IMG/VR virus record: IMGVR_UViG_3300042389_001027
Span: 64,619-128,618 of that record
Strand: one strand, 5' to 3'
Length of the DNA: 64,000 nt
DNA from: a virus
The position numbers and the translations under genes are program-made. The notes beneath the pieces are model-generated. The model was not told the DNA's origin and did not search any database. It worked only from the letters and a program-made list of their open reading frames with translations. This document shows positions 28,646-37,750 of the stretch, piece after piece. Positions within the stretch are counted from its first letter, which is position 1. Every line of letters starts with the position of its first letter.

Positions 28646-29416
28646 TTAGTTGCTCACGGTTGTTCGCACTCCCTGACGGATTGCCTCAAACATGGCAAGA
28701 ATGTTCTTGTCGGGGTGAGCCAACGGTTCACCAACCTCACCCATGACTTCGGATTCACACTTGGACTTCAGGTCGTCAATCTTGTCTTGGTATGCCTGCC
28801 AGTCAAAGTCCTCGTCGTTCCAATCCAAGTCTGCGTATCCCTCAATGTCCTCAACATTCCCATCACAGGTTGCGACGAGACCGTTCTGAATACGCCCTGC
28901 CCCAACGAGACCGTTTCCAAGTTCCTCGTACTGAATGTGGAACTCCAATGTTGGGAACATTGTGGAAATGTGGTTGAGTGCGTCAATCGGGGGTGACCAC
29001 GCCGTATCAAAGGAGAAGTCAAGGTGAGTGTCTGAGTGACCGTTGAGACGAGTCTCGCAGTCGCCCCACTTTGTTCCCCAATGCGAGCAACACCAGTCGT
29101 ACCAGTCTTTCGCACCATACTTGGCGAGATTTGCCTGATTTCGTGCGTAGCCTTCCGCATTGCGAGTGACCAGTTCGTTGTACCATTCCTCGGTGATTTC
29201 GCCCTTCTCCATTGACACCTTCCAGTTGGGGTGTTCCTCGGGAGTGAAGAATCCTGCGGTGGATTCCTTGAGTTCGGTCGGAATCGGATAGAGACGACTA
29301 ATAATGTCGTATGTGTCGTGTCCTTCGTCGTTCACGGTGTGGACTCGCTGAAGGAAGTCCGTGATGGACTCAGGGTCTCCCTGAATCGTCATAGTGTTGT
29401 TACACCAGTTGGGCAT
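28646..29416 (-). CDS. DUF1281/YubB ferredoxin-like protein
   Basis: MPNWCNN...WYDW...WGTKW...FDTAWSPP. Confidence 0.85.
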   Translation of the reverse strand: MPNWCNNTMTIQGDPESITDFLQRVHTVNDEGHDTYDIISRLYPIPTELKESTAGFFTPEEHPNWKVSMEKGEITEEWYNELVTRNAEGYARNQANLAKYGAKDWYDWCCSHWGTKWGDCETRLNGHSDTHLDFSFDTAWSPPIDALNHISTMFPTLEFHIQYEELGNGLVGAGRIQNGLVATCDGNVEDIEGYADLDWNDEDFDWQAYQDKIDDLKSKCESEVMGEVGEPLAHPDKNILAMFEAIRQGVRTTVSN

Positions 29417-29614
29417 TTGCTTACTCCTTATTTCTAGTAGGTATCGGAGAGTGTATCTCCTTTTTATTTCGCTGTCAACTTTATCCGAAGATTTTTTTGA
29501 CTGCTTGCCCCACACCTTACAGAAGGGGTGTGACACAGATAGAACGAACACAACCATCAGAAGTGTGCGCTCTTTCTAAACAAACTTTACCAAAGGGGTG
29601 TAACACAGTTCCCC

Positions 29615-29635
29615 TGTGGATAAGCCTGTGGATAA
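29615..29635. promoter_or_regulatory. Pair of perfect DnaA boxes
   Basis: TGTGGATAA at 29615 and 29627. Confidence 0.75.
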
Positions 29636-29809
29636 CTTGGACACCATAAATACATACGCATACACATGAACGCACGGCTATACGCCACCGTCGCTACTTG
29701 TAAGCACACACACAAGCACACGCTCGCGCGCGCGTAAGCCCCGTGGGCGCATCACCAGATGCGGGACTCCCCATGCCCGCTTCCGCAGCGGGGCTCGTGG
29801 GGAAGATGG

Positions 29810-30007
29810 TTAGTCAATGACCACCCATCTGTCGCCCGCTTCTGCGATAAGTCCGAGTTGTGAGCCATTGTCCCACTTCACGAAAACAGTTCCGAAGTCG
29901 TCAATGAAATCAACATTCCCTTCGTCGCCTTGTCGTAGAAGTGTGTATGCGTCATTCGTGTACTGGAGTCGCACACGCTTTCCGAGAAGATACGAAAGAT
30001 GTTTCAT
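29810..30007 (-). CDS. DUF4314-like protein
   Basis: G.RVRL....D.Y..L..G.EG.V.FIDD.GTV.V.WDNGS.LGL. Confidence 0.85.
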   Translation of the reverse strand: MKHLSYLLGKRVRLQYTNDAYTLLRQGDEGNVDFIDDFGTVFVKWDNGSQLGLIAEAGDRWVVID

Positions 30008-30258
30008 TTGTTTGCCCAATACTCCTCGTGAGATAACCACAGTTTGCCGTTGTCTTGCCAACGCTTCGTGAGCATGAAAACAATCTCACGGAACTCTGAA
30101 CGGGTAACTTCCCAATCCAATAGGTTCTCATCAAACTGATTGTTCTCAAACTCAAGAATGATTGTGGCAATCGCTTCATGCCCACTCAATGTTCCGAGTG
30201 AGTAGTAATGCTCGTCAATCACATTCATTATTTCTTCGTATTTGTTTGTTAGTGTCAT
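30004..30258 (-). CDS. Hypothetical protein
   Basis: GAGG RBS; coupled. Confidence 0.65.
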   Translation of the reverse strand: MTLTNKYEEIMNVIDEHYYSLGTLSGHEAIATIILEFENNQFDENLLDWEVTRSEFREIVFMLTKRWQDNGKLWLSHEEYWANK

Positions 30259-30372
30259 GCCACTTCCTCGTCGTCGGGGGGCGCACAGTCGTAACAGACT
30301 CGCCCGAATGATGACCACACTTCTGAAGTGTCGTCGTGTGTGTTTTGACCGCATTGGTTACAGGTGAGAGTC

Positions 30373-30612
30373 TCAGTAGTCATCTAGGGTGTCTCCGTTT
30401 TGGTCTTGGAAGATGAGGTCTCTTGCTCGTGCGTTACGCATCATGTCAAGTGTTTCGTTCTCTATGTAGAGAATGACATCATCAAGTGTGAAGTTCATTT
30501 CTTCGCCGTTGAGAATACGGTTATCTTCTTTGAGTGTTTGGATAACTTCATCAACGCCGTATGTGGAAACCCACATCACATTTATGCGTTCGGGCATTAC
30601 TTCTAGTTCCAT
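30373..30612 (-). CDS. Hypothetical protein
   Basis: CTACTAGAAAGGA leader. Confidence 0.75.
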   Translation of the reverse strand: MELEVMPERINVMWVSTYGVDEVIQTLKEDNRILNGEEMNFTLDDVILYIENETLDMMRNARARDLIFQDQNGDTLDDY

Positions 30613-30640
30613 CTATGTGTTCCTTTCTAGTAGTTACAGC

Positions 30641-30669
30641 AACACCCCTCAGTATAAGTGAGGGGTGTT
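30641..30669. promoter_or_regulatory. Palindromic ACACCCC element flanking a -10 box
   Basis: AACACCCCTCA-GTATAAG-TGAGGGGTGTT with TATACT (minus strand) in the middle. Confidence 0.6.
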
Positions 30670-30676
30670 ATAGGGA

Positions 30677-30919
30677 TTAGCCCTCGTCTGCGTAGAGAGT
30701 TGCTTCGTCGTAATACGAGTAGTCGTAGTCCTGAAGATGACCAATCGCTTCCTCAAGAGAGTTTGCCTCAATGAGGTTTGAGTAATCCAAGTGTGGAGAT
30801 GCTGGAGTTCTTGTGGCAGAGACACGGAATAGAGTTCCGCCTAACTCTCGCACCTCTAGGTTGGGGAAGAAACTTCCCGTTCCTGTCCAGATTGCGTATT
30901 CTTGTAGTTCGTTTGTCAT
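30677..30919 (-). CDS. Hypothetical protein
   Basis: 80 aa; AAGGA RBS. Confidence 0.6.
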   Translation of the reverse strand: MTNELQEYAIWTGTGSFFPNLEVRELGGTLFRVSATRTPASPHLDYSNLIEANSLEEAIGHLQDYDYSYYDEATLYADEG

Positions 30920-31049
30920 TAGTTTCTTTTTCCTTGCCCCTTTCCAGAGCGTAGTAGTTGTTCTTATCTTCAGTATAACAGGTTATGTTAGATAAAACAA
31001 CCTGTCAGCGGAGAAACCACTCCCCGTGAGGAGTGGTCACCCTGAGTGG

Positions 31050-31565
31050 TCAGTACCAACAAATGAGCCCGTCTGCGTGTTCCGCCGCCCACTTGAGATA
31101 CCACGACGCATACTTGAGGTCTGCCGTGATGTCCTCTCCGCCCATGCGGTAAACACCATCTTCCTCGTCGCACTCGTCAAACGCCTCGTCAATGACTTGG
31201 GCAAGAGTGAGACAAGAGCCCTTTGACTTCTCTGTCCCATCTTCGCTATCGCCATAGAACGAGAAGTCATCACTATCGCCGTATCCGATTGCTTCCAAGA
31301 GGTAGTTGCCGTACTTGCCTCTGTACCAACAGTCAGTACCGAACATTCCATAGACAGGACTGCCGAGTGCTTCCTTGTCTTGCTTATTCAGTTCATTGAC
31401 ATACGGGCAACCGCCACACGCTTGCGTAGCCTGACAGTCAATGACCATCATGGTTGAGCCGTCATCTTCCGTGAGTGCCACGCCGTCTTTGTTGAGTCGT
31501 GGAGTCATCACTACAGTTCCCTGAGCCTTACAGGGGTACTGCTTCGGAATGTTGTCTAGTCCCAT
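31050..31565 (-). CDS. Hypothetical protein (MGLD-start family)
   Basis: GAAAGGA RBS and upstream promoter. Confidence 0.75.
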   Translation of the reverse strand: MGLDNIPKQYPCKAQGTVVMTPRLNKDGVALTEDDGSTMMVIDCQATQACGGCPYVNELNKQDKEALGSPVYGMFGTDCWYRGKYGNYLLEAIGYGDSDDFSFYGDSEDGTEKSKGSCLTLAQVIDEAFDECDEEDGVYRMGGEDITADLKYASWYLKWAAEHADGLICWY

Positions 31566-31596
31566 CACTTTCCTTTCGTTTAGGTTTATACAGCAC

Positions 31597-31625
31597 AGTA
31601 TAACAAGGGGGTGTCATACTGTCAA
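31597..31625 (-). promoter_or_regulatory. Sigma70-type promoter with ACACCCC spacer motif
   Basis: TTGACA-17-TATACT. Confidence 0.85.
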
Positions 31626-31632
31626 ACTCTGC

Positions 31633-31944
31633 TCAGATTGCGAACAGAGCCCTCAGGTAGTCAGGTGCGTCGTGGTTCTCGCCGTCATACACGCCCTCAG
31701 GGGAGAACGCACCAACGACGACGACATTCCCGACAAGGTGACGCTGAAACAAGATGCTCGCCGTGAGGTTCGCCTCAAGTCCCCAAATCAAACCCTCGTC
31801 ATTGACATAGCCAACGAAGTCGTCTGCCCGAACGCAGTCAATGTAGCCACCGACTGACTCTTGGAGAAACCTGAGCGAGTCTTGCTCAGGAATGTCCACA
31901 ACCTTCGGGCGGTCATCTGTCGGGATAAGGATTGCCTTTGTCAT
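31633..31944 (-). CDS. DUF3846-like protein
   Basis: LQESVGGYID.V.....YVNDEG....L..N..A...LVG.VV. Confidence 0.85.
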   Translation of the reverse strand: MTKAILIPTDDRPKVVDIPEQDSLRFLQESVGGYIDCVRADDFVGYVNDEGLIWGLEANLTASILFQRHLVGNVVVVGAFSPEGVYDGENHDAPDYLRALFAI

Positions 31945-31979
31945 GTTTGTACCTTTCTAGTAGTTACAGCGTGAGTAGG

Positions 31980-32378
31980 TCACGCCACCTTTGCGGTAGC
32001 GTCACCTTCCTCAACATTGTCATTCAGGTCATACACACGGAACTGCGTGTATGGGGTGGACTTGGTGACCGCTTCTGCGACATCTGCCTTGATGAGTCCA
32101 AGTTCTACTGCCGACTGAAACTTCTTACCGTCAATCTCGGTCTTAGTGACCTTCTTGAGCGTCGCACCGTTCACCAACTCGGTGAGGGTCTTGAGGTTGT
32201 ATGAGCGACGGTTAGCCGTGATGAGCATGACCTTTTCGTTGCCCACAATGACGGACTCCGTGCCGTTCTTGGCAAGGGCTTCCTTCAGGATTTCCTCTGC
32301 CTGCGCCTTTGCCTGCTTTGCGACTTCCAATGCTCGCTCTGCCTCAAGGAACATCTGACCTGCTTGTAATGTATTCAT
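31980..32378 (-). CDS. Hypothetical protein
   Basis: 132 aa; AAGGAG RBS. Confidence 0.8.
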   Translation of the reverse strand: MNTLQAGQMFLEAERALEVAKQAKAQAEEILKEALAKNGTESVIVGNEKVMLITANRRSYNLKTLTELVNGATLKKVTKTEIDGKKFQSAVELGLIKADVAEAVTKSTPYTQFRVYDLNDNVEEGDATAKVA

Positions 32379-32828
32379 TTCGCTACTCCTTTTAGTAGTT
32401 AGGTTTATGTGATTGAGTTTATCAGAGGGGTGTTACTTTCGCAACCTTTATTTCTGACTCACTCGGTATTTCTTATTTCCCACTTTATCAGAGGGGTGTA
32501 ACACAGTTCCCTGTAGCCCTCACCATCTATAACGAATGGCGAACCTCAAAGTGTGCGCTCATCTTATCTAGGGGGTGTGACACGGTTATCCGTACACACA
32601 TAGAACGAACAGAGCCAGCCAAAGTGTGCGCTCAATCCTAAATAAATCTTTCCAGCATCTCAACCCCCGCTTTCGGCTACCGTCGCTACTTGTAGCGCAT
32701 CTGGCATAACGCTGTGCGTTATACACGCACCAGCCCCGCATAACGCGTCGCGTTATACGCACGAGCCCCGCATCAGAAGATGCGCAGCGGGGCTTCTGGC
32801 AACTTTGTGGGAAAGTGGGAAAGTGGGC

Positions 32829-32864
32829 AAAAGAAAAACCCCCGCCCGTTTCTGAGCGAGGGTT
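32829..32864 (-). terminator. Intrinsic terminator
   Basis: GC stem with an A-tract on the plus strand. Confidence 0.75.
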
Positions 32865-32888
32865 CTTCGGTTGGATTTGTCGGGAATG

Positions 32889-33257
32889 TCACGACGGGGT
32901 GACGGTCATGCTTCCGCCAGTTGGTGCGTCGTGGTGATAAAGAACGCACTTGAGTGAGTCGCCCTCAACTGTGTATCGGAGTCGCCACTCGGTTCTGTCG
33001 GGAGTGATTGCCCGCAAAAGTTCTTCGGGAGTCCGTGCGGAGAATGTTCCGTCAATCGTTCCGTACCACACGGGGAAACCCGTAATGCGGAAACCCTGAT
33101 TGTGTTCCACGAACAATGCTTCGGTATCAAAACCGAACTGCTCTACTTGGTCACTCCAACAATCTCCCCAACATTCGGGGGCTTCATTCCACTCGCCCGC
33201 ATCTTCGTCAAAAGTTACACACGCACAAGTGTTTTGTATCTCGGTCATTGTTTCCAT
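32889..33257 (-). CDS. Hypothetical protein
   Basis: TACTAGAAAGGA leader; HHDAPTG motif. Confidence 0.75.
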   Translation of the reverse strand: METMTEIQNTCACVTFDEDAGEWNEAPECWGDCWSDQVEQFGFDTEALFVEHNQGFRITGFPVWYGTIDGTFSARTPEELLRAITPDRTEWRLRYTVEGDSLKCVLYHHDAPTGGSMTVTPS

Positions 33258-33292
33258 GATTGTCCTTTCTAGTAATGACAGCGGGGGAGTCG

Positions 33293-33745
33293 TCAGACTC
33301 CGATACCCGCATGACGCTTCGCTTCTTCCCATGTGTGACACGCAAGGTGCTTCAGGGTCTCTGTGTTGTTCTCGCCACTCTCAACCGTGTACACGCTCAC
33401 GCCGTTCCTGCGCATGACATAGACGAACTGCGCCCATGAGTATGCGCCAGTTTCTTCCGTGTACCACGCTTCGTCGGAGTCCTTGTCAATGTCGTCGTGA
33501 ACAATGCCGTAGCCGACACGAATGTTCTTCTCATCTCTGAACTCGTCGGTGTCGCCTTGCTCGTGGTCAATAACTGACCATGACGCATTGTCGTTGATGA
33601 GTGTCGTGACTACTTGTGTAATCCCGTCACGCTCTACAAGTGCGCCGAGTACGCCAACCATTCGTTCAGGGTAGTTATCCCAATGAGCGTAACGCCCACG
33701 CCAACCCTGCGCCCGTTCTACTGCGATGATTGCTCTAGTTGCCAT
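33293..33745 (-). CDS. Conserved phage hypothetical protein (MATR...Y.HWD.YP family)
   Basis: MATRAII...YAHWDNYPE..G..L. Confidence 0.8.
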   Translation of the reverse strand: MATRAIIAVERAQGWRGRYAHWDNYPERMVGVLGALVERDGITQVVTTLINDNASWSVIDHEQGDTDEFRDEKNIRVGYGIVHDDIDKDSDEAWYTEETGAYSWAQFVYVMRRNGVSVYTVESGENNTETLKHLACHTWEEAKRHAGIGV

Positions 33746-33819
33746 TGTGTTTATTCCTTTTCTCTAGTAGGTATTGCCCATGATACACACGGGGTGTGAC
33801 ACGGTACAGCGACGCAAGG

Positions 33820-33972
33820 TCATGGGTTCCAACGAAACCCACGACACTCACGCTTGTTGCTGACACGCTTCTTGTTCGGTATGCGTTGCGCTTTCAGAAT
33901 GTTCCTGTCTGCGAACGCCTGTCGGTCTTGGTCACTCCAACCACGACTAGGGCTAGGTCTATTAGTTGCCAT
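33820..33972 (-). CDS. Small basic hypothetical protein
   Basis: 50 aa, R/K-rich; AAGGA RBS. Confidence 0.55.
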   Translation of the reverse strand: MATNRPSPSRGWSDQDRQAFADRNILKAQRIPNKKRVSNKRECRGFRWNP

Positions 33973-33974
33973 GT

Positions 33975-34421
33975 TCAGTTTCCTTCCGTATCCATGATGT
34001 GGCGAGTCTCGCCGTGACATTTGTGGGTTGTCTTGCGAACACACTCCGCCATGCTCTGCGAGTCAATGACGAACTTCTTGTTACACTCGTGGCACTTCGC
34101 CGTGTATGAACGCTGACCCTTTGCCCATTGGTATGGGTGGATTGGCGTGTAGCCCTTGAGTCGCTCGTCAGGGAAACAAGTGATTGCTTCGTCACACTTC
34201 ACACACACGACAACCTTGACCATGTAGGTGACTCCGCCGAACACGATGGGCTCAATGTTGGAGTAACCCTTTTTGTTGTATCCGCACTTGGTACAGATAC
34301 GGTCATGGTTGGTCATGTCTGCCGAAAGTGTGGACACTTCCTTGTTGGCGATTTTCTGAACTACAGCAACTGGAATGTTTTTGTTGTTCGCTTGCTTTAC
34401 GATGTGGGCGGTGAGTTTCAT
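33975..34421 (-). CDS. DUF4258-like protein with Zn ribbons (paralogue 1)
   Basis: MKLTAHI..QA....IP; three CxxC pairs. Confidence 0.7.
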   Translation of the reverse strand: MKLTAHIVKQANNKNIPVAVVQKIANKEVSTLSADMTNHDRICTKCGYNKKGYSNIEPIVFGGVTYMVKVVVCVKCDEAITCFPDERLKGYTPIHPYQWAKGQRSYTAKCHECNKKFVIDSQSMAECVRKTTHKCHGETRHIMDTEGN

Positions 34422-34585
34422 TTCTTTTTACCTTTCTAGTAAGTTGTAATCACTCTATCACTACGGTGTAACACTAGCAACCTTATCGGATAGATTTATT
34501 TATTTATTTTGTCTTGTACTTTCTATAACGAACGGTGACATGAAAAGTGTGCGCCACTACTGAAAGTTTTTCAGAAAGATTTTTC

Positions 34586-34613
34586 CGAACAAATGTTCCC
34601 GAACAAGTGTTCG
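34586..34613. promoter_or_regulatory. Two tandem LexA boxes
   Basis: CGAACAAATGTTCC and CGAACAAGTGTTCG. Confidence 0.75.
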
Positions 34614-34667
34614 CACGGGCTTTCGGCTACCGTCGCTACTTGTAGAGACTTCCGATAAACTCGTCGC

Positions 34668-34874
34668 ATGATTGTTACTTGTGAGTTCTGCGGATTTCAG
34701 ATTGACACGGGCAGACACGCCCACTCGGTGAAAGTAACGGGCTGGGTAAAGACGAAACAAGGCAAACCTGGCACCACCATTACACGGGCATCAGCCCCGA
34801 TGGGTTATGCGTGCCAGACCTGTCTGGAGTCCCGCGACGGGCGCGGCGATGCGGGGCTCGCGACGCTCTTCTGA
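34668..34874 (+). CDS. Small Zn-finger protein (leaderless)
   Basis: CEFCG...ACQTC; TAAACT-N6-ATG. Confidence 0.6.
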   Translation: MIVTCEFCGFQIDTGRHAHSVKVTGWVKTKQGKPGTTITRASAPMGYACQTCLESRDGRGDAGLATLF

Positions 34875-34896
34875 TGCGGGCATAAACGCGGGCATC

Positions 34897-34926
34897 AAAA
34901 AACCCGCCCCCAACGCGGAGGGCGGG
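34897..34926 (-). terminator. Intrinsic terminator
   Basis: CCCGCCC/GGGCGGG stem plus A6. Confidence 0.8.
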
Positions 34927-34947
34927 CTGATTGAGTTCTTCGCGGAA

Positions 34948-35148
34948 TCAGAGTTGTTCGGAAACTGTACGAATCTGAATGAATCTGAAGTGCTTACGGA
35001 ACTTATTGGCTTTGGCTTCTGCTTGAGCCTTGCCGTGAACTCCGTCAAAGATGACCCACTCGCATGGGAGGAGTCCGAACTCTCCCGAGAACTCGGGGTC
35101 ATCTCTCGTGATGGCTGTATGAGCCAAGACTATGTATGTCGGGTACAT
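34948..35148 (-). CDS. Hypothetical protein
   Basis: CTACTAGAAAGGA leader. Confidence 0.7.
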   Translation of the reverse strand: MYPTYIVLAHTAITRDDPEFSGEFGLLPCEWVIFDGVHGKAQAEAKANKFRKHFRFIQIRTVSEQL

Positions 35149-35333
35149 ATCTATCCTTTCTAGTAGTTGCTTATCACTATAACGAAAGGGTGTTACATAG
35201 TTGTGCGCTAACCGCCAAACTTTTTCTTTTCTTTTGAGCGCACACTTTTGACCACTCTTATCGTTACTGTATTACACCCCTTAGTTATAGTGGTGAGTAT
35301 TCCAGTAACTACTAGAAAGAAAGGAAAAACCAA

Positions 35334-35504
35334 ATGAGTCAGAAAGTCACCTCAATCCGAGTCTCGGAACAAAAGAGTGAAACCAACGGCGGAGTTGTTT
35401 ACTTCGTCACTTGGAACAACGGAACGACAATCCGTATGGAACTCGCACCTGACATGGCAGAACATCTGTCATGGCACTACGGCGTAGCAATCACCGCCCG
35501 CTAA
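35334..35504 (+). CDS. Small hypothetical protein (56 aa, not in the ORF track)
   Basis: CTACTAGAAAGAAAGGA leader; MSQKVTSIRV...ITAR; followed by a terminator. Confidence 0.75.
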   Translation: MSQKVTSIRVSEQKSETNGGVVYFVTWNNGTTIRMELAPDMAEHLSWHYGVAITAR

Positions 35505-35533
35505 TCCAGCCAAATCTCAACCGACTAGCAGAG

Positions 35534-35572
35534 AGCCCTCTCCCCAGAAATGGGGCGGGGGCTTTTTGTTTT
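35534..35572 (+). terminator. Intrinsic terminator
   Basis: AGCCCTCTCCCC...GGGGCGGGGGCT plus T-tract. Confidence 0.8.
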
Positions 35573-35753
35573 CCCCGCTATACGCCACCGTCGCTACTTG
35601 CTGTTAGCGAAAACGCTAACACTTTCCCAGAAGATGAGCGCACGAGTCCCGTGGGTCGGCGGCGCGGCGGGGCTACTGGGTTGATGTCGCTGGTTCTGGG
35701 CGGATTCATTTCTGGTTTCGGGCAAAAAAAAATCCACAACCCGCATCTTGGGC

Positions 35754-35875
35754 TGTGGATAATGTTGTGGATAAAGTTATTCACAGGCTGTGGATTTCGT
35801 TGTGGAAATCGCTTGCTTGCCTGTGGATACCCGTACAGCACTTATCCACAGGAGACACCTGCCCCCTGTGGATAA
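35754..35875. promoter_or_regulatory. DnaA-box cluster (4 perfect, about 4 degenerate)
   Basis: TGTGGATAA at 35754, 35766, 35867; TTATCCACA at 35842; TTATTCACA at 35777. Confidence 0.8.
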
Positions 35876-35893
35876 AACCAAACTCCCGAGAGT

Positions 35894-36172
35894 TCAGTCC
35901 TCGCACTCGCAATCTTCGTGAGCCTCGTAGCACCAACCGCACTCGTCGCTGTAGTCGCTGTCCTCGTCGCTTCCGAAGTCAATCCTGACCCACTTGGCGA
36001 TGGTGGCGAGAACATTGTCGTAGTCGCCTGAGGTGGCTTCCTGACGGAACTCGCTGATGATGTCACGGGCAACGCCCGACCGCCTGAGAGCGTCGCTCAC
36101 AGAGCCGATGAGAGAAAACGCATTCCCATCTACCCCAATGAGGTTCACTCCGATGTTCGGATACTTGACCAT
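35894..36172 (-). CDS. Conserved phage hypothetical protein
   Basis: V.L.G.DGNAFS.IG.V..ALRR.G...EA.SGDYD..L. Confidence 0.8.
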   Translation of the reverse strand: MVKYPNIGVNLIGVDGNAFSLIGSVSDALRRSGVARDIISEFRQEATSGDYDNVLATIAKWVRIDFGSDEDSDYSDECGWCYEAHEDCECED

Positions 36173-36382
36173 TACCTATCTCCTTTTCTATTTCTAGTAG
36201 TTGCCTTCATTGTACTGAAGGGGTGTGGCAGAGTTATTTCACCCTCCCGAGAGTTCGCTTCTCCATTGCCGATTCTCACGCCGACGCAAGAGACCGTTGT
36301 GGGTCTTTCGCCCGTGACGCTTCAGGGTGCGACAACACCCGTACGGGCATTGCCTCTCTGCTCGCTTGTTGTGGAGCATTGC

Positions 36383-36829
36383 TCACTTCTCCTTCATGAT
36401 GTGTCGGGTCTTGCCCTTACAGGTGTGCGTAGTGTCTCGCTTACATTGTGCCAAGTCCATTGACTGAATCATGAACCTACGACCGCAATCGTGACACTTA
36501 GCCGAGTACGACCGCATGCCCTTATCCCATTGGTCTCTACGAATGGGTGTATTGCCCTCTAGGGCTTCGTCTGCGTAGACCGTGATGGCTTCGTCGCACT
36601 TGACGCATACAACGACCTTCACGCCGTATTCCTTGCCCTGAAACACAATGGGCGAGTAGGTGCGCCACTCTTGCTTGATAGCACCGCACCAACGGCAACG
36701 GCAGTCTCGCTTCGTGATGTCCTGCTGTGCCTTGTGAATGCCGACCTGCTGGAGAACGACCTTCTCCACTACGGGAATCGGGATTCGCTTCTGTTCGGCT
36801 TGGTTCTTGATGTGCTGTGTCATTCGCAT
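36383..36829 (-). CDS. DUF4258-like protein with Zn ribbons (paralogue 2)
   Basis: Aligns over its length with 33975-34421 (VKVVVCVKCDEAIT identical). Confidence 0.75.
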   Translation of the reverse strand: MRMTQHIKNQAEQKRIPIPVVEKVVLQQVGIHKAQQDITKRDCRCRWCGAIKQEWRTYSPIVFQGKEYGVKVVVCVKCDEAITVYADEALEGNTPIRRDQWDKGMRSYSAKCHDCGRRFMIQSMDLAQCKRDTTHTCKGKTRHIMKEK

Positions 36830-36935
36830 TTGCTTACTCCTTCTAGTAGGTATGCCCTCACTATAACGGAGGGGTGTAATACATAAACGTATCGGAGGCA
36901 CAAAAGTGTGCGTGTCATTCGTCACATCTCTTGAC

Positions 36936-37020
36936 AGAACAAGTGTTCGCCTCCCCGACCGAACGAGTGTTCGCCGAACGAGTGTTCCCCGAACAGGTGT
37001 TCGTACCGAACAAGTGTTCG
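36936..37020. promoter_or_regulatory. Array of five LexA boxes
   Basis: GAAC-N4-GTTC at 36936, 36960, 36975, 36990, 37007. Confidence 0.85.
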
Positions 37021-37061
37021 CCCGTGAGACAAAGAGACCCAAAGTGTCTCACCGTCTCGCC

Positions 37062-37184
37062 TGTGGATAAACCTGTGGAAAACTATGTTGCTGACTACAA
37101 GTAAGTTATCCACACCCTGTGGAAAACCTTATCCCCACCCTGTGGACAAACTTATCCACACGCTGTGAATAAACCTGTGGAAAA
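37062..37184. promoter_or_regulatory. Array of about nine DnaA boxes
   Basis: Perfect boxes at 37062, 37106, 37152; TTWTNCACA or 1-mismatch boxes at 37074, 37118, 37129, 37141, 37164, 37176. Confidence 0.85.
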
Positions 37185-37358
37185 CTTTTCCGCCAAAAAA
37201 CTTGACAAACCAAAAACTTTATGCGAATCCGAAACTAGAAACCAGATGCCCGCCCCGTAGCCCCGTGTGCTACGCGCTGGCATAGCAGTCCCGTGGGTGT
37301 AAACCCCGTGCGGGGCTCGTGAGGTGAGTGGTCGCCCAACTCGTGGATTCGGGGAATA

Positions 37359-37398
37359 AAAAATGGGTCGCCACCCCGTATGTAGGGAAACGACCCAT
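37359..37398 (-). terminator. Intrinsic terminator
   Basis: ATGGGTCG...CGACCCAT stem plus A-tract. Confidence 0.7.
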
Positions 37399-37417
37399 GA
37401 AGGTAACCCGAAGAATC

Positions 37418-37639
37418 TCAGTCAATCAGGAACTCAGGGCGAGCGAGGGCAAGGGCTTCGCCAATCTCAATCGCCGTAAATGCCTGAGGGTTATCCAAGT
37501 CTCTGACCGTCACGAAGTTAGCCCCAACTGTCGGGTCATTGGCTATCTCCGCAAGGTTGCCGTACGCCTGACAGACCGCATCTAAGTGGGATTCGCAATC
37601 CTCGTAGACCATCTCCCAAGTCACTATGTACCTAGCCAT
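37418..37639 (-). CDS. Hypothetical protein
   Basis: AGGAG RBS. Confidence 0.7.
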   Translation of the reverse strand: MARYIVTWEMVYEDCESHLDAVCQAYGNLAEIANDPTVGANFVTVRDLDNPQAFTAIEIGEALALARPEFLID

Positions 37640-37750
37640 TTGTGTTGTCTCCTATCTGCCCCTGAGGGCGGTTGTAAGGGGCTGGAAAGCCCAAAGCCCC
37701 CGTGTCACCCAATGAGGCAACACGGAGGCGTATGTGAGGCGTGGAAGGGC

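Noticed and set aside
35471-35988. ORFs across the DnaA-box islands (35471-35875, 35578-35841, 36922-37113, and the 5' extension of 36383-37042)
   Set aside because: No RBS; the translations merely reflect the repeated boxes and cross terminators.
36936-37020. Mini-CRISPR array
   Set aside because: Repeats are 14 bp with 1-10-bp gaps, far below CRISPR geometry; they match LexA boxes and no cas genes are visible.
35754-37184. Host chromosomal oriC (contig is bacterial)
   Set aside because: No dnaA/dnaN/rpmH context; the flanking genes, promoters and motifs are continuous with the phage early region.
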